NCBI GenBank assembly: GCA_951406725.2
Contig: OX597819.1
Coordinates: 75,330,001 to 75,394,000, forward strand
Length of the DNA: 64,000 nt
Direction: 5' to 3'
Origin: Octopus vulgaris
Taxonomy: Eukaryota
Shown here: one piece after another, positions 51,501-62,600 of the stretch
Layout: each line of letters opens with the position of its first letter
Numbering within the stretch: position 1 is the first letter of the stretch
The notes under the pieces: generated by a model
Seen by the model: the letters and a program-made list of their open reading frames with translations, nothing else
Told to the model about the DNA's origin: nothing
Database searches by the model: none
Position numbers and translations under genes: made by a program

Positions 51501-52253
51501 TCCTTCCTCAACTGCTGCATTTTTCTGATCCTCCTGCTTGGTCCACACTTTCCTTTCTCTAGTCGGATATTCTCTTTTATTCCAAATAAATCTTTTCCTA
51601 TATCGTATATTGAGCTTGATAATTTACCCAGTTTCTCCACTGTAGAGCCTGTCATTTTATAAAGAGCCCGACAAACCTTGTTTTCAAACTCTTTATATTT
51701 CACTTTCTCATTAGCAGCAGGCCACAAAACTCTCGGTTTCCTCTGAGTATTATCCAATGCACCAGTTTCATGACTTGTAGTTTCATCACGTGAAGAGGTC
51801 TCTGCTGTAGCATTTATCGATCCGCTGTGGTTTGAGTCCGGGGATGATTTGCCACGTGTTTTACGATCTGACGATCCACACTGCTCTGTCCTCTTCTCAC
51901 AAGTCTTTCCCTGATGTATCTTCAAGCCTCTCACAGTTGCAAAGGTTCTATAACACAGCTTGCATCCAAAGTTGTTTGCATTTCGTTCGCTGTTCGAATG
52001 AATAATCATATTCGTTTCCAAGGTCATTCCCGTGCTGACTGGGTTTGATTGATTCTTGACTCTCCTCTCTCGGTCAATCGTGGGGCTGTCATTTCCAGTT
52101 ATTTCCGTTACAATATATTACAGAGGCAAGGATTGTAAGTCCGCAGCCTCCGCCAGTCTTTCCTATTGTCCGCTCGTCTTTCCGAGCAGTCCTCTTGTCT
52201 TTCCAAGATGCCTGTCTTTCCGGTTTGTCAGTGGTTACCTACCACAAGGTCTT
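48558..52253 (-). mobile_element. Hero/R2-like non-LTR retrotransposon with restriction-like endonuclease, apparently full length, several stops and frameshifts
   Basis: N-terminal finger CKLC...RGLKIHQGK; FRPISLLNVEGK, WLDLANAYGSVPH, GIAAGCTIS, AFMDD; CKC...LKHILSNC; DI...IVELTVPHED...PIEVGCRGF. Confidence 0.9.
48621..48733 (-). ncRNA. Putative rearranged hammerhead ribozyme, copy A
   Basis: gccg-UC-gagag ... ggcccc-GAAA-cggc ... cucuc-CUGAUGA-cccc, enclosed by cuagcaag/cuugcuag. Confidence 0.65.
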
Positions 52254-52866
52254 AGATGTCTTGCAAACAACTTGCACATGCAAGTGCTACCAGTTAAACG
52301 CTCCGTATACCGGAAGCTAGCAAGTGTATGGGGTCATCAGGAAAGAATGCGCGCCGTTTCGAGGCCTACTTCTCGACGGCATCAATGCGCACCGGCCCCC
52401 CTTACTGATATGAGGCCCCGCTTGCTAGATCAGCTGGTTATGAAGAACTCAATATACTTTTAGCTATCGCTCATCGTCTCTTTTTAACCAAATCCAGTGG
52501 CTAGCCTTCTCCACTGTAGATTGGATATCAGTCATGGTGGTATTGACTTTACGATGAGTTAGGCCTAGCGATAACAACAGTCGTCTCACGCTGTGTCCAA
52601 CAAACCCTCTACATCCGACTTCGATAGGAAAATGTTCCGCTTTCCAGCGTGGAGGTTTTCATAACGGTTCAATTTTTGAGCCCGAGCGGCGTCCATATTA
52701 TCTTCATGAGGAACCGTTAGCTCGACTATATTTACAACTTTCTTTCTTTCACACCACATCAAAATATCTGGTTTTTTCGAAACTGGGATGGGAAAGAAAA
52801 CCTGGCACCCTGGTAAATCTGTAGTTACCTCCCAATAGCCATTCTACTTTTCATTTTTTTCAGGAA
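52254..52866 (-). repeat. Second copy of the Hero-like 3' end (RLE and 3' UTR), fused directly to the 5' end of the full element
   Basis: Direct repeat of 48558-49189 with scattered substitutions and a short deletion at ~52648. Confidence 0.92.
52317..52428 (-). ncRNA. Putative rearranged hammerhead ribozyme, copy B
   Basis: Same core: GUC, GAAA and CUGAUGA unchanged; two stem changes are G-U tolerant and one is a mismatch. Confidence 0.6.
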
Positions 52867-54749
52867 ATCTTTTTTCGCCCCTGTTGATCGTCGTGGTTTG
52901 GATGACCGAGAATTCTTGGATTCGGTTTTGAATCTAGGCTCAGAGGAGGAAGTGTTAATTCTTACACCTCCATTAATTCTCTCCTTCATCTGAACAGTTG
53001 GGAAGGAGTTGGTGAAACTGCTTCTGTTTGGATGTAAGTTTGTCATAAAATTTCTGCTTTCATACTTTGATAAGATGTGAATTTGAAATGGCTAGTAATC
53101 AAATCTTTGACTTCACACTGACTAAAAGGTGAAATTGGCATGTATCTGAAAAAGTTTTATATCCTATGAAATTTGCTTTGAGCTGAGAAAACTAAATTGA
53201 AGTATTTCTAGTATATGGAGGTGAAATGAAGGACAGGGCAGCTTGAATAGTTAAACTATTGGTATTTTCAGAAGAAACAGATGGTACAGATGAAGTTGCT
53301 AATGAAACAGAAATTAGTTGAAATCATGCAAATGAAAGGATATGAAACGATACAATAATGGCTGTTATAGTGAGCTTGAAGTTCAGGATCAACTTCACTC
53401 TGAAATTGGCTGCCAACTGGGTGAACCATACCAATGCATCTCTGGTCCAGAAAGGGATGGAATAGGACAATGCAGCCTGCCATATATGGGCTTCCATTAT
53501 CCCTTGTGGACAGAGCCAAAGCAGGTGGTGTCAGCATCTTGTAGCAAAAATAATTTTCACTTCCACAGACAAAAGTTAAATACGAATTGTTACTGCAACC
53601 ATGCTCAGAAAGTGCTGAAAGAAATTTGTTTTGATAGTGTGAATTAGGAAAAATAAACGGCCTTTATACATTACTGGTGTTGATCAGGTTGAATTTAAGC
53701 AAAAGAAAGCTTGACATTGTAAAGGTTAGATGCTTTTGCTTCAAAGGGCTGCTTTCCAATTGGTCCTGGTGGGTTGTTGCTTTTATAACTACAAAAGCAC
53801 AGGCACGTTTAGAACCTTGTAGAATGTCCTACTATATGGCATGATACTTCTGCTGGCCAGTTGGTTAATAACCAGGACACATCACCTGACTTGAGTGTGG
53901 TCTTATACTGGTAACTGAAACTAATGTTTTGATTAGTATTCTAGGACTGTTAGAAGCATTATCTGTATTAATGTAGCATTGTTTTATTGGTTTAAAATGA
54001 AGGAGGCAATGCTTTTATTTCTAAAAAACAGTATGAAGACGTATGAACGTCCACCAATGGAAAGACAGTTCATATTCATTAAGAGCACTCTGGGTATAAT
54101 CGTAGAATTGAAAAATGGGATTTCGATGGGGAATATTGTTGAGGACTCTAAAAAAAAAAAAAAAATTTTTAAACCTGCAGAAAGATAGTTTAAACCAAAA
54201 AAGGCAGACTGTAAACTCACATTTGCAATAGTGTATGAAATTAGAATTCACACCCAACTCAGTTTTGTAAAAACAGTATCGCGTCGTGATACAGAGGTTA
54301 TATGGTGACACATGCCAGTCCTTTCGACACCACCTAAACTTGAAAAAAACCCAATGAAACAGTATATAAATGTAAAAAGTAATTAACAACTTACTCACTT
54401 TATGAACGTCTTATGTTGGCGAAGAAACAATTACTTTACAAAACCGTTCAATGGAGACATAGAAGGAATCGGAAAATGAGGAAAAAAAGAGACGAATGAG
54501 TAGGATCAAATGTTTGCAAACATCTTAACCCGATCTTTATGAACTATGTTCTTTTTAATGGCTGTATTTTCAAGAATGAAGAGGTAATCAAGAGGTGCAG
54601 AAGAAAAACTCTAGCAAAGACTCATGACTCACAATCAATCTTGTTTTGCCAGAGCCTCCTGATAAACTACGTTCCTTGTGCGCTCATGTTCTCCAAGAAT
54701 GAAGAGGTTATACGGATTTCCAACTCAAGAACAGGTTACGTACAATTGA

Positions 54750-56605
54750 TCATGACTGAAGACCGGTTGTGACAGGTTCACGCCTACAATGTCCAGTGAT
54801 TGTCCCTGTGACTTGTTGATGGTCATCGCAAAGTGTAGTTTTTTCCAAAATTGATAGCGTTTAACCTGAATGGGAATATCAGAGGGTGAAATACTCGTTT
54901 TTTATGTATCATCTTCATTGTTCCTATGAATGGGCCACTCAAAATTTCAGCAGTTATAACATGGCTTTGAATCCTTATAACCATTCGGGTTCCATTGCAT
55001 ATTTCAGGCATTTCCGTATTTCTGAGCACCATGATTGGACCACCTACTTTCAAACACAAATGATGAGGTGGAAGCCCTGGAGGTGTTAGCTTGTTGAGTT
55101 GTTCGGGTGGATATTTGACTGCATCATTCTCATCTTTATTTATATCGATGAACATGAAAAAGACTTCCTCACCAGGAATCATATCAAGCAGTTGTTTATT
55201 AGTAGCATCAGCTGTTGTTTTTGGAAGTTGGTTTTGACGTCAGGAAAAATGGCTCTTATAAGGTCTTCTACATTTGGAACGAAATTCCCCAAAAGGCAAC
55301 TAAAAATGCTCGTCATCAACCAAAGGCAAAACTCCATCACCAAGATCTAATAGCTGTTTTGCGAACGCTTCAGACTCCACATCACCACGTAGGTGGACTC
55401 TCATGTTTGTTTCAAAATGATGACTGATTACACTGTGCCACGCATAAGAATGCTTTATACATGAATTAACCTCATCGGCTCGAGTGCCTCTTGGGACAAC
55501 AAGAAGGGTTAGTCGAAAATCTCCTGCCATGAGAAACGCAGCTCTACCCATTATTCTTGTATTGTGATACAAATCTTGGAGAGTTCTGTCAAAAGCCTCA
55601 AACATGACCTTATTACTTATTGTAGCCTCATCCCAAATAAAAAGACTGCAATCACAAAGAAGTCTTGCTCTGGAGGAACTACGATCTATATTACATGTAG
55701 GATTATCTTTTTTTTTCATTGTCCACAAGCAATTTGAATGCACAATGTGCTGTATGACTGCCTTGAAGTAGTGTCGCCGTGATACCAGTGGAGGCACATG
55801 TAATGGCAATTCGACGTTCAATGAGCAGTTTTGCGAGAATCAAATTGATAAGGAAAGTTTTACCAGTACCACCTGGAGCATCCAAAAAGAAAAGCTTTTC
55901 TTGGTTCAATCTAACGCTGTCAACAATTTCATTATAAATCTTTGTTCAGGCAAAAGTCTTGGTTCATCTCGCGTAATCGTTTCCGTCAATTTGGCAATGT
56001 TGTAGTTTTTTTCCGACATGTATTCAACAACCAAAGGCGCTTCATGATGGACAGGTGTTGGCAGATGGAATTCACTTAAACCACATATAACATAACGTCT
56101 GATGTGTCTGTCCATGTCGATTAATGCCTTATTATAAACATCATTGATGCCATCACGTAGCCCTAAATTAGCCTGCATGTCCTTTGACAGGCTCTGTCTG
56201 AATGAATCCTGAAGGTTAAGAAGGTTGCTGGGATTACAGTGGATTAATATGCTACAAAACAATCGACATATTTGCCATGGCATTTTACAATTTGAGGCCT
56301 CTGCCTGCATCCTGTGTAAGTGGTCGTCATCGAGAATTAGTCTGTGTCTCAAACATGCTTCTTTGTAAGTGTCGCAGATGACACCATCAACCATGCGAGG
56401 ATCAGCAAAAGACTTCGGGCCAGTAACTACATGAAGCAGCATTCTCAAAAAGAAGAGTTCCTGTTTGGGTGTGTGTGTAATATTCATCCTATCAATGACA
56501 TTCTTCCTAGAAACACCGGGCCAGTTGTCAAGTTCTGTTCCATGTGACCTGTGCTTCCATTTATTGTTGTTGTATGTGTAATATTCTAATACTTCAGGGT
56601 AAATG
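54750..56605 (-). mobile_element. Helitron RepHel, PIF1-like helicase region, degenerate
   Basis: ELFFLRMLL.VV.GP.SF, FFLDAPGGTGKTFL, FIWDEA, AGDFR, GLPPH.L.LKVG.PIM.LRN...CNGTR, TINKSQGQSL. Confidence 0.9.
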
Positions 56606-56656
56606 AGAAGCAGTGTATTTTATATATATATATATACATATATATATGTTTGTATG

Positions 56657-56693
<37 letters not shown>

Positions 56694-56699
56694 AAAAAA

Positions 56700-59600
56700 G
56701 AAGTTTGAAAACACCACTATATTAGATAAATTTTAATTTTCTTATGAATTTAACATGTTTCGGTTCTTGAAAAAACGAACCTTATCAAAAATATTATAAA
56801 AAGTGCAATAGAAAAGAAACAATAATGGACTTCTTCACTACACTCAACAGTAATATAGCGATTATACCAACTACCGACAAAACACCACCACATGGATTCT
56901 ATTGAGACCAGTAAGAAACGATTATGAACTTTTCTATTGCATACATATACAATACATACATACATCCATACATGCTCATATGTGCATGCATGTGCATTAA
57001 AAAATTTTTTTATATAGCACCACACACGCACATACGTATCAAACATCGTACGCTCATTCGGTTATATATAACTGCACATAAGTGTTTTAACACCACACAT
57101 TGCAACATGTATGTAAGGATTACATGTAAACGAGAGAGAGGGTGGTTATAGAATGGTCCTACTGAATGGGATCTGGGAGTTACTCCATTCGGATTTTCGG
57201 TTGAGAGTAGGTTTGTATTCTTGTATACAAACAGCTTCTGTGATCTGTCTCAACATTGCATTGGTGGGATGTGTTGATAGGATGTTTCCCTAAGGATCCC
57301 TTGTGGCAGTCTACAGCATATTGGTAGAAGATGGAGTTTGGCTTCATTTCAATGTAGTTGTCCAGATGTTCTTTGAACCTATCATTGATACTCTTAGAAG
57401 TCTCACCTATGTATGACTCTGGGTTAGTCGCGCAATCTCCTTCTTGGCACTCAATTTGGTATACTGTGCCCTTGGTTTTTCAGTTTACATGTGGGTTTGT
57501 CGAACATACTGCACAGTTACTTTGACAGGTGATTCTATCAAATGGATATGATCTGCATAATGCCGACTTGATAGTCCTACCTGTCTTTTCTACAACTTTG
57601 ATTTTAAGGCCAGTAGTGCGCAGGATTTTCTTGAATGCCTTACTTAGCTCGTTCTTAGGTGTGGCGTCAACGAACATTACCCCGTGAAATTTCCTGTTAT
57701 CATACGAAGTATCGTTTCTCATCCTTTTGTTGGTGTCTCTCTCTAACCTATTCCAGAACTTGTTGCTGTATAGGGGGCATATACCGTTTTCGTCGTCCCT
57801 TAGCATGCGTTCGAATCTTGCTTTCGCTCTCTTGTACACTCTGACTCTATCGTCTTGTGTGTATCCAGAGCGTTGCATTCGGAATATGTAGTACTGGATG
57901 TGTTGTTGTTGTTCTTGTAGTTGGCATAGTGGGGATACATTCCTCATTACTCTGCCACTAGGATGTTGAGTTTGGTAGTATTCGACATAGCTGTGTCACT
58001 ACGGATTACTAGTGGATTAGCCATCAGTTTCTGATAGTGTGAGTAGAGTATACAGGGTTTAACGGTTCCATTAATCATAGCATCTTCTATCCATAGCTCA
58101 ATATCTAGGACGGGTAATCGTTTAGAGGGGTAGTCTATGGTAACTTTTATACTGCTGTGGATAAAGTCAGCTATGTGTTGTATAGATGTCATCACCTGTT
58201 CTTCATTTAGTAGAGAGCCCATAACTGTGTCTGTATTATAACATTTCACGACAAGGTTAATGTCGTCGATGTTGTAGTGAGTGTGTGCGATTTGAATATA
58301 GAGGCACCTACCTTCTCTTCGTGGTGACGGAGATCCTCCAGAGATGGCTGGTCCTTCCTCACAGCCCTACCCGAACACTAACAATAGCAGCTGCTAGCCC
58401 CAAACCCTTTAGCGACTTCCTCGCACATCTTGTCGCCAGCACGACCCACGTTGGAAAGGTCAACTTCCGCCCCCTGCGCACGCTTGACGGCTGACCCCTT
58501 CCGCTTGCCCCAGCTTCCGGTCAACGCACCCCGCTGCTGACGTCCGGCTGCTGACATCATCCCACACGCCACCCTGATCTTAATGATCACAATCTCTCCG
58601 CTCCATGTTGTAGTCTACCATCCAACCGGGAGAGCGCCTTGCTCGTCGAGATCTTCTCAAGCTGGGCTCCTCATTCTCCCCCTCTCCCGAATCATCGTCC
58701 GTCGAAGCAACAATCCTGCGAAGGTCCAAGACATGTCGTGGTGTGCCATCTGCGGATACGTTGCCTCTGGAATTGATCGCCGTCACCGTTCCTCTGCTCC
58801 ATTGAGACGTACAGCGCGCCTTTGGTGGCTTGACCCAGACCTCCTCCCCTATTTTCACGCGAACGGGTCCCTTCTCTTCCTCGTGACCCTCCAGCGCTTT
58901 GCTCGGGTGCCTCCATTCATATTTGAACACAGCTCTCTGCGGCACAGATTCCTCAGCCTGTCCGGATCGGGGAGACAAGTTGTAACAAAAAACTGCTTCA
59001 AGCGGCGAAATGTGCCCTCTTTCCGCTATGGCCTTGACTGTCCGATGGTGCCTCTCCACGATCCCGTTACCGCCCGGCCTATACGCTGCTCTGAACAAGC
59101 GTCGCACGTTCCACCGATCAAACATAACCCTCAATGCTTCCGAACGAAACGCCGCCCCGTTGTCCATCTGTAGTTCTTCCACGGGACCTCTCTCTAAAAA
59201 TATCCCGTTCAGGATCTGCACGATCTCGTCAGCAATGCCCGATCTCAACTCCTCCAAATGGCCAGCCGGCCCGGCCCACAGTCGACCATGGAGAGGTACA
59301 TTCGCTGACGGTAGTGTGTCACATCCACAGCTAGCCTTTTCCAGTTCTGCTCCACGGAAAGGCTTCCCTGTTCATGCCCACACGGAGCAAGGTCGATGGA
59401 CTGACACCTGTCGCAGCTCCCGACCACCTTCCGGACGCTTCTCCTGGTGACGTCAGCATCAATTTTTTTTGCCAGATACAGGGTCCTGTCCACACCCAGG
59501 TGATGCATAGCGTGCAGTTTCTTCAGTTCAGAGTCATCCAACCGACATGCCACAGCTATCCCTTTCCGAGCCTCCTCCGGTTCTTCACCCTGGTCAGTAC

Positions 59601-62600
59601 GTCCGCCTTGTTTTTCTCCGAAGGCACGAAGACCACGTTCAGGTTCAGTCCGAATTTGGCGATCAGTTCACCTAGAACTCCTAGACGGCGCTTCACTAAC
59701 ATCTCCGCAGCACCTTTCGTCCGCACTCTCCTGTCACCGGTGATCACCGATCCTACCCAGCCAAGCACAGTGGCCGAATCCGTCCGCATTTCAATCGTGC
59801 GCAGCCCCCATTTCAAGGCCAAGTTCACCCCTTTCAGCAGCGCGTCTAATTTGGCGACATTGATGTGGTTGAAATCATCTGCTTTCCGAAGCCAGGCCGC
59901 GTCCTCCACCGCAGTGCCTTCGATTGCCAACACCACCCCTATCGCTATACTGCTAGCATCACACCAGACGGTCCCGCATTTCGTCTTGGGCACGTACCAG
60001 TTCCCCCTGACCGGGTCTTCCGCTCTTGTCCTCTCTAGGATCTCCTGCATCATCGCCACCGTCCCTTCTCCCACCTTGTCGCCCCACCTCTCTCCTTCTG
60101 CTCGTCTCTTGGTGTAACTACACGCCGTGCGCAGCCATCCAGCGATCGGGTAGTGACCGACCAACTTCCCACACACCGAGAACAGCTCTCTCCTGCTGAC
60201 GCTGGAACTCAGCTCTGGGATTTCATTTCCTCTCCGGAACACCAATTCACCTGACCTATCTCTTTGCAGCTTCAGCCCCAGTGCGGCTCCCCCTTCAATC
60301 GACTCCGGTGGCTTAGCAATCAGTCCGAACTTCTCCAGATGTCTCACTACCTCGTTGGCTGGCACTACAGTTTCGTCCACCAAAATGTCATCAATGTAGG
60401 AGCTGGTGGCCTTTCTAATCTTGCCGTCTTTCCCTAGGACGGACCTAAGCACTGCCGCCATGATCTTCGGAGCGGAATTCAGCCCGAAACCCAGCCTGGT
60501 TAGACAGTACGTCCGGCCCTTGTACCGCACCAGCTGATATCGCCATAGTTTGTCGCTCACATGGAGCTGCAAGTATGCCGATCTCAAGTCGACAATCGTC
60601 GCTGCCTCAGTCGACTGTCTCCACTTACGTAATGCCTCACCACAAACGTCTGTCGCCTCACCTCCTGTGTGACACGATATGTGCTGGTTTAGCTCCCTGA
60701 AGTCCAGCACCGGTCTGACTTTTCCCTTCGTAGGCTGCACCACCGCCATCAGGGGTAGCACTCCGCCCGCTACCTCCTCCTTCCAAGGGACAAGGACCCC
60801 TTCCTCGATCCACCTCTCCACCTCGTCTTCAAACTCAACCCTGGCGTGGCCTTTCAGGGTATGCTGGTAACAGCTCACCCTGTTCTCCAGTGTCGGGGGC
60901 TCGTCCTTCCATTTCCACTCTATCGTCCACCGCTGACCATCGAACACCGCCTGAAAGTCTTTGTCCTCGATGGTGTAAGCGGCGCAGTCCCTCGCGGGGC
61001 TCTGCTCCCTCTGGCGATCCTGACTCGCAGTGCACGACGCCCCCACGCTTCCGAACGTGACCTCATTTCCCACAACACTGACGCCACCGAGGCAGTTGAT
61101 GGTGTCCATCCCCATCACCACATCAACTCCATTTATCACGCGTTCGGCCACAATTGCCTGTAGCCTTAGCGTCGCGCCGCGCACCACTATCTCTACCTTG
61201 CTGCTGCCTCTGCAACGGATTTCGCTGCCGTCGACCGCCCGGACACTACACACCCCGTTCCATTCCTTCGTCACCCTCGAAGTCACCAGGGTGGTCGTAC
61301 AGCCCGTATCCACAAGGGCCTTGAACGTCTCCCCCTCGGCCTCCACGTCAATCAATGGCAGCGTCTCCAATAGCACCTCTACTCGTTTGAGGGGAAAGTT
61401 CGAGAGGCAGCAACTTCCCCGCGGTCGTTTCCCTGGCCGCAATCACGGGCAATGTGCCCTGTCTGCCTGCATCGATAGCAAACGGGCCCCGGCTGCGTAC
61501 AGTCCCGCGCCATGTGCGGTGCCTGTTATCTAAAACACTGTCCTGAGAACGGCCGCTCTCGTTGCACGGTGGGCTTCTGTACCTCTTTCTCGGGACGTCG
61601 TCCGTCTTTACACGCCTCCGTCACCGCCATCGCTATCGCCTTCCGCCCAGAGTGTCTCGTCAACCCGCGAGCATGAGTTACAAGTTCGCTCAATGGCATC
61701 TTTTTGACCCCGGGCAGTCATTGTAGGTGAATCCCTACATCATCGGGGAACCCATTCACGAACGCCAGTCGGGCTGTTCTCTCCAGTCTTTCTCCGGCAA
61801 ACCCGGCCAGAGTCGCTAGCCTTCTAGCTTCCGATGCAAAATCATCCACCTGGCCTCCTGTCCACCTGATTGCACCTAGCTTAGCGAAAGCTGTGTACTC
61901 GCATTCCGTGTATGTGTCACACAAGCGCCGCTCTATATTCTCATCGCAGAGCCGTTCTTCTTCATCCATCTCTACGTAAAGCGACAACGCACTCCCTTCC
62001 AAATACAGCGCCATAAGACTCGCCACGTCGCTTTTGCCCTGCAGTCTCGCCACCAGCCTGATTTTCTGAATCCAGGCCACTACATCGCCTTCGCCGTTAA
62101 AAGGTCTGACAACGTCACTGGCGATCCTAATTTTTGCAGACATCGTGTTGAAAAAAAATGTGAATGTTTACGAACTTCCGAAATAGCTTGTAGTGAGTGT
62201 GTGCGATTTGAATATAGAGGCACCTACCTTCTCTTCGTGGTGATGGAGATCCTCCAGAGATGGCTGGTCCTTCCTCACAGCCCTACCCGAACACTAACAA
62301 TAGCAGCTGCTAGCCCCAAACCCTTTAGCGACTTCCTCGCACGTCTTGTCGCCAGCACGACCCACGTTGGAAAGGTCAACTTCCGCCCCCTGCGCACGCT
62401 TGACGGCTGACCCCTTCCGCTTGCCCCAGCTTCCGGTCAACGCACCCCGCTGCTGACGTCATCCCACAGATGTAACGAGAGTACATTGCTAAGTGGATGT
62501 TACGGGTTGCTAGGCACTGTATAAAATGTCTGTCCCACCATACCATGAAGAGGTTTGCAACGTCACCGGCGATCCCTACTCCAAATAGCACTGCCTTTCG

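Noticed and set aside
53270-53830. Coding-looking stretch including a 101-aa ORF
   Set aside because: No motif I can recognise and stops in all frames; left unassigned.
54750-56605. Host PIF1 helicase gene
   Set aside because: Intronless, multiply frameshifted and carrying Helitron-specific upstream motifs.
58583-61533. Long plus-strand ORFs (146-247 aa) within the LTR element
   Set aside because: Antisense shadows of the GC-rich pol gene.
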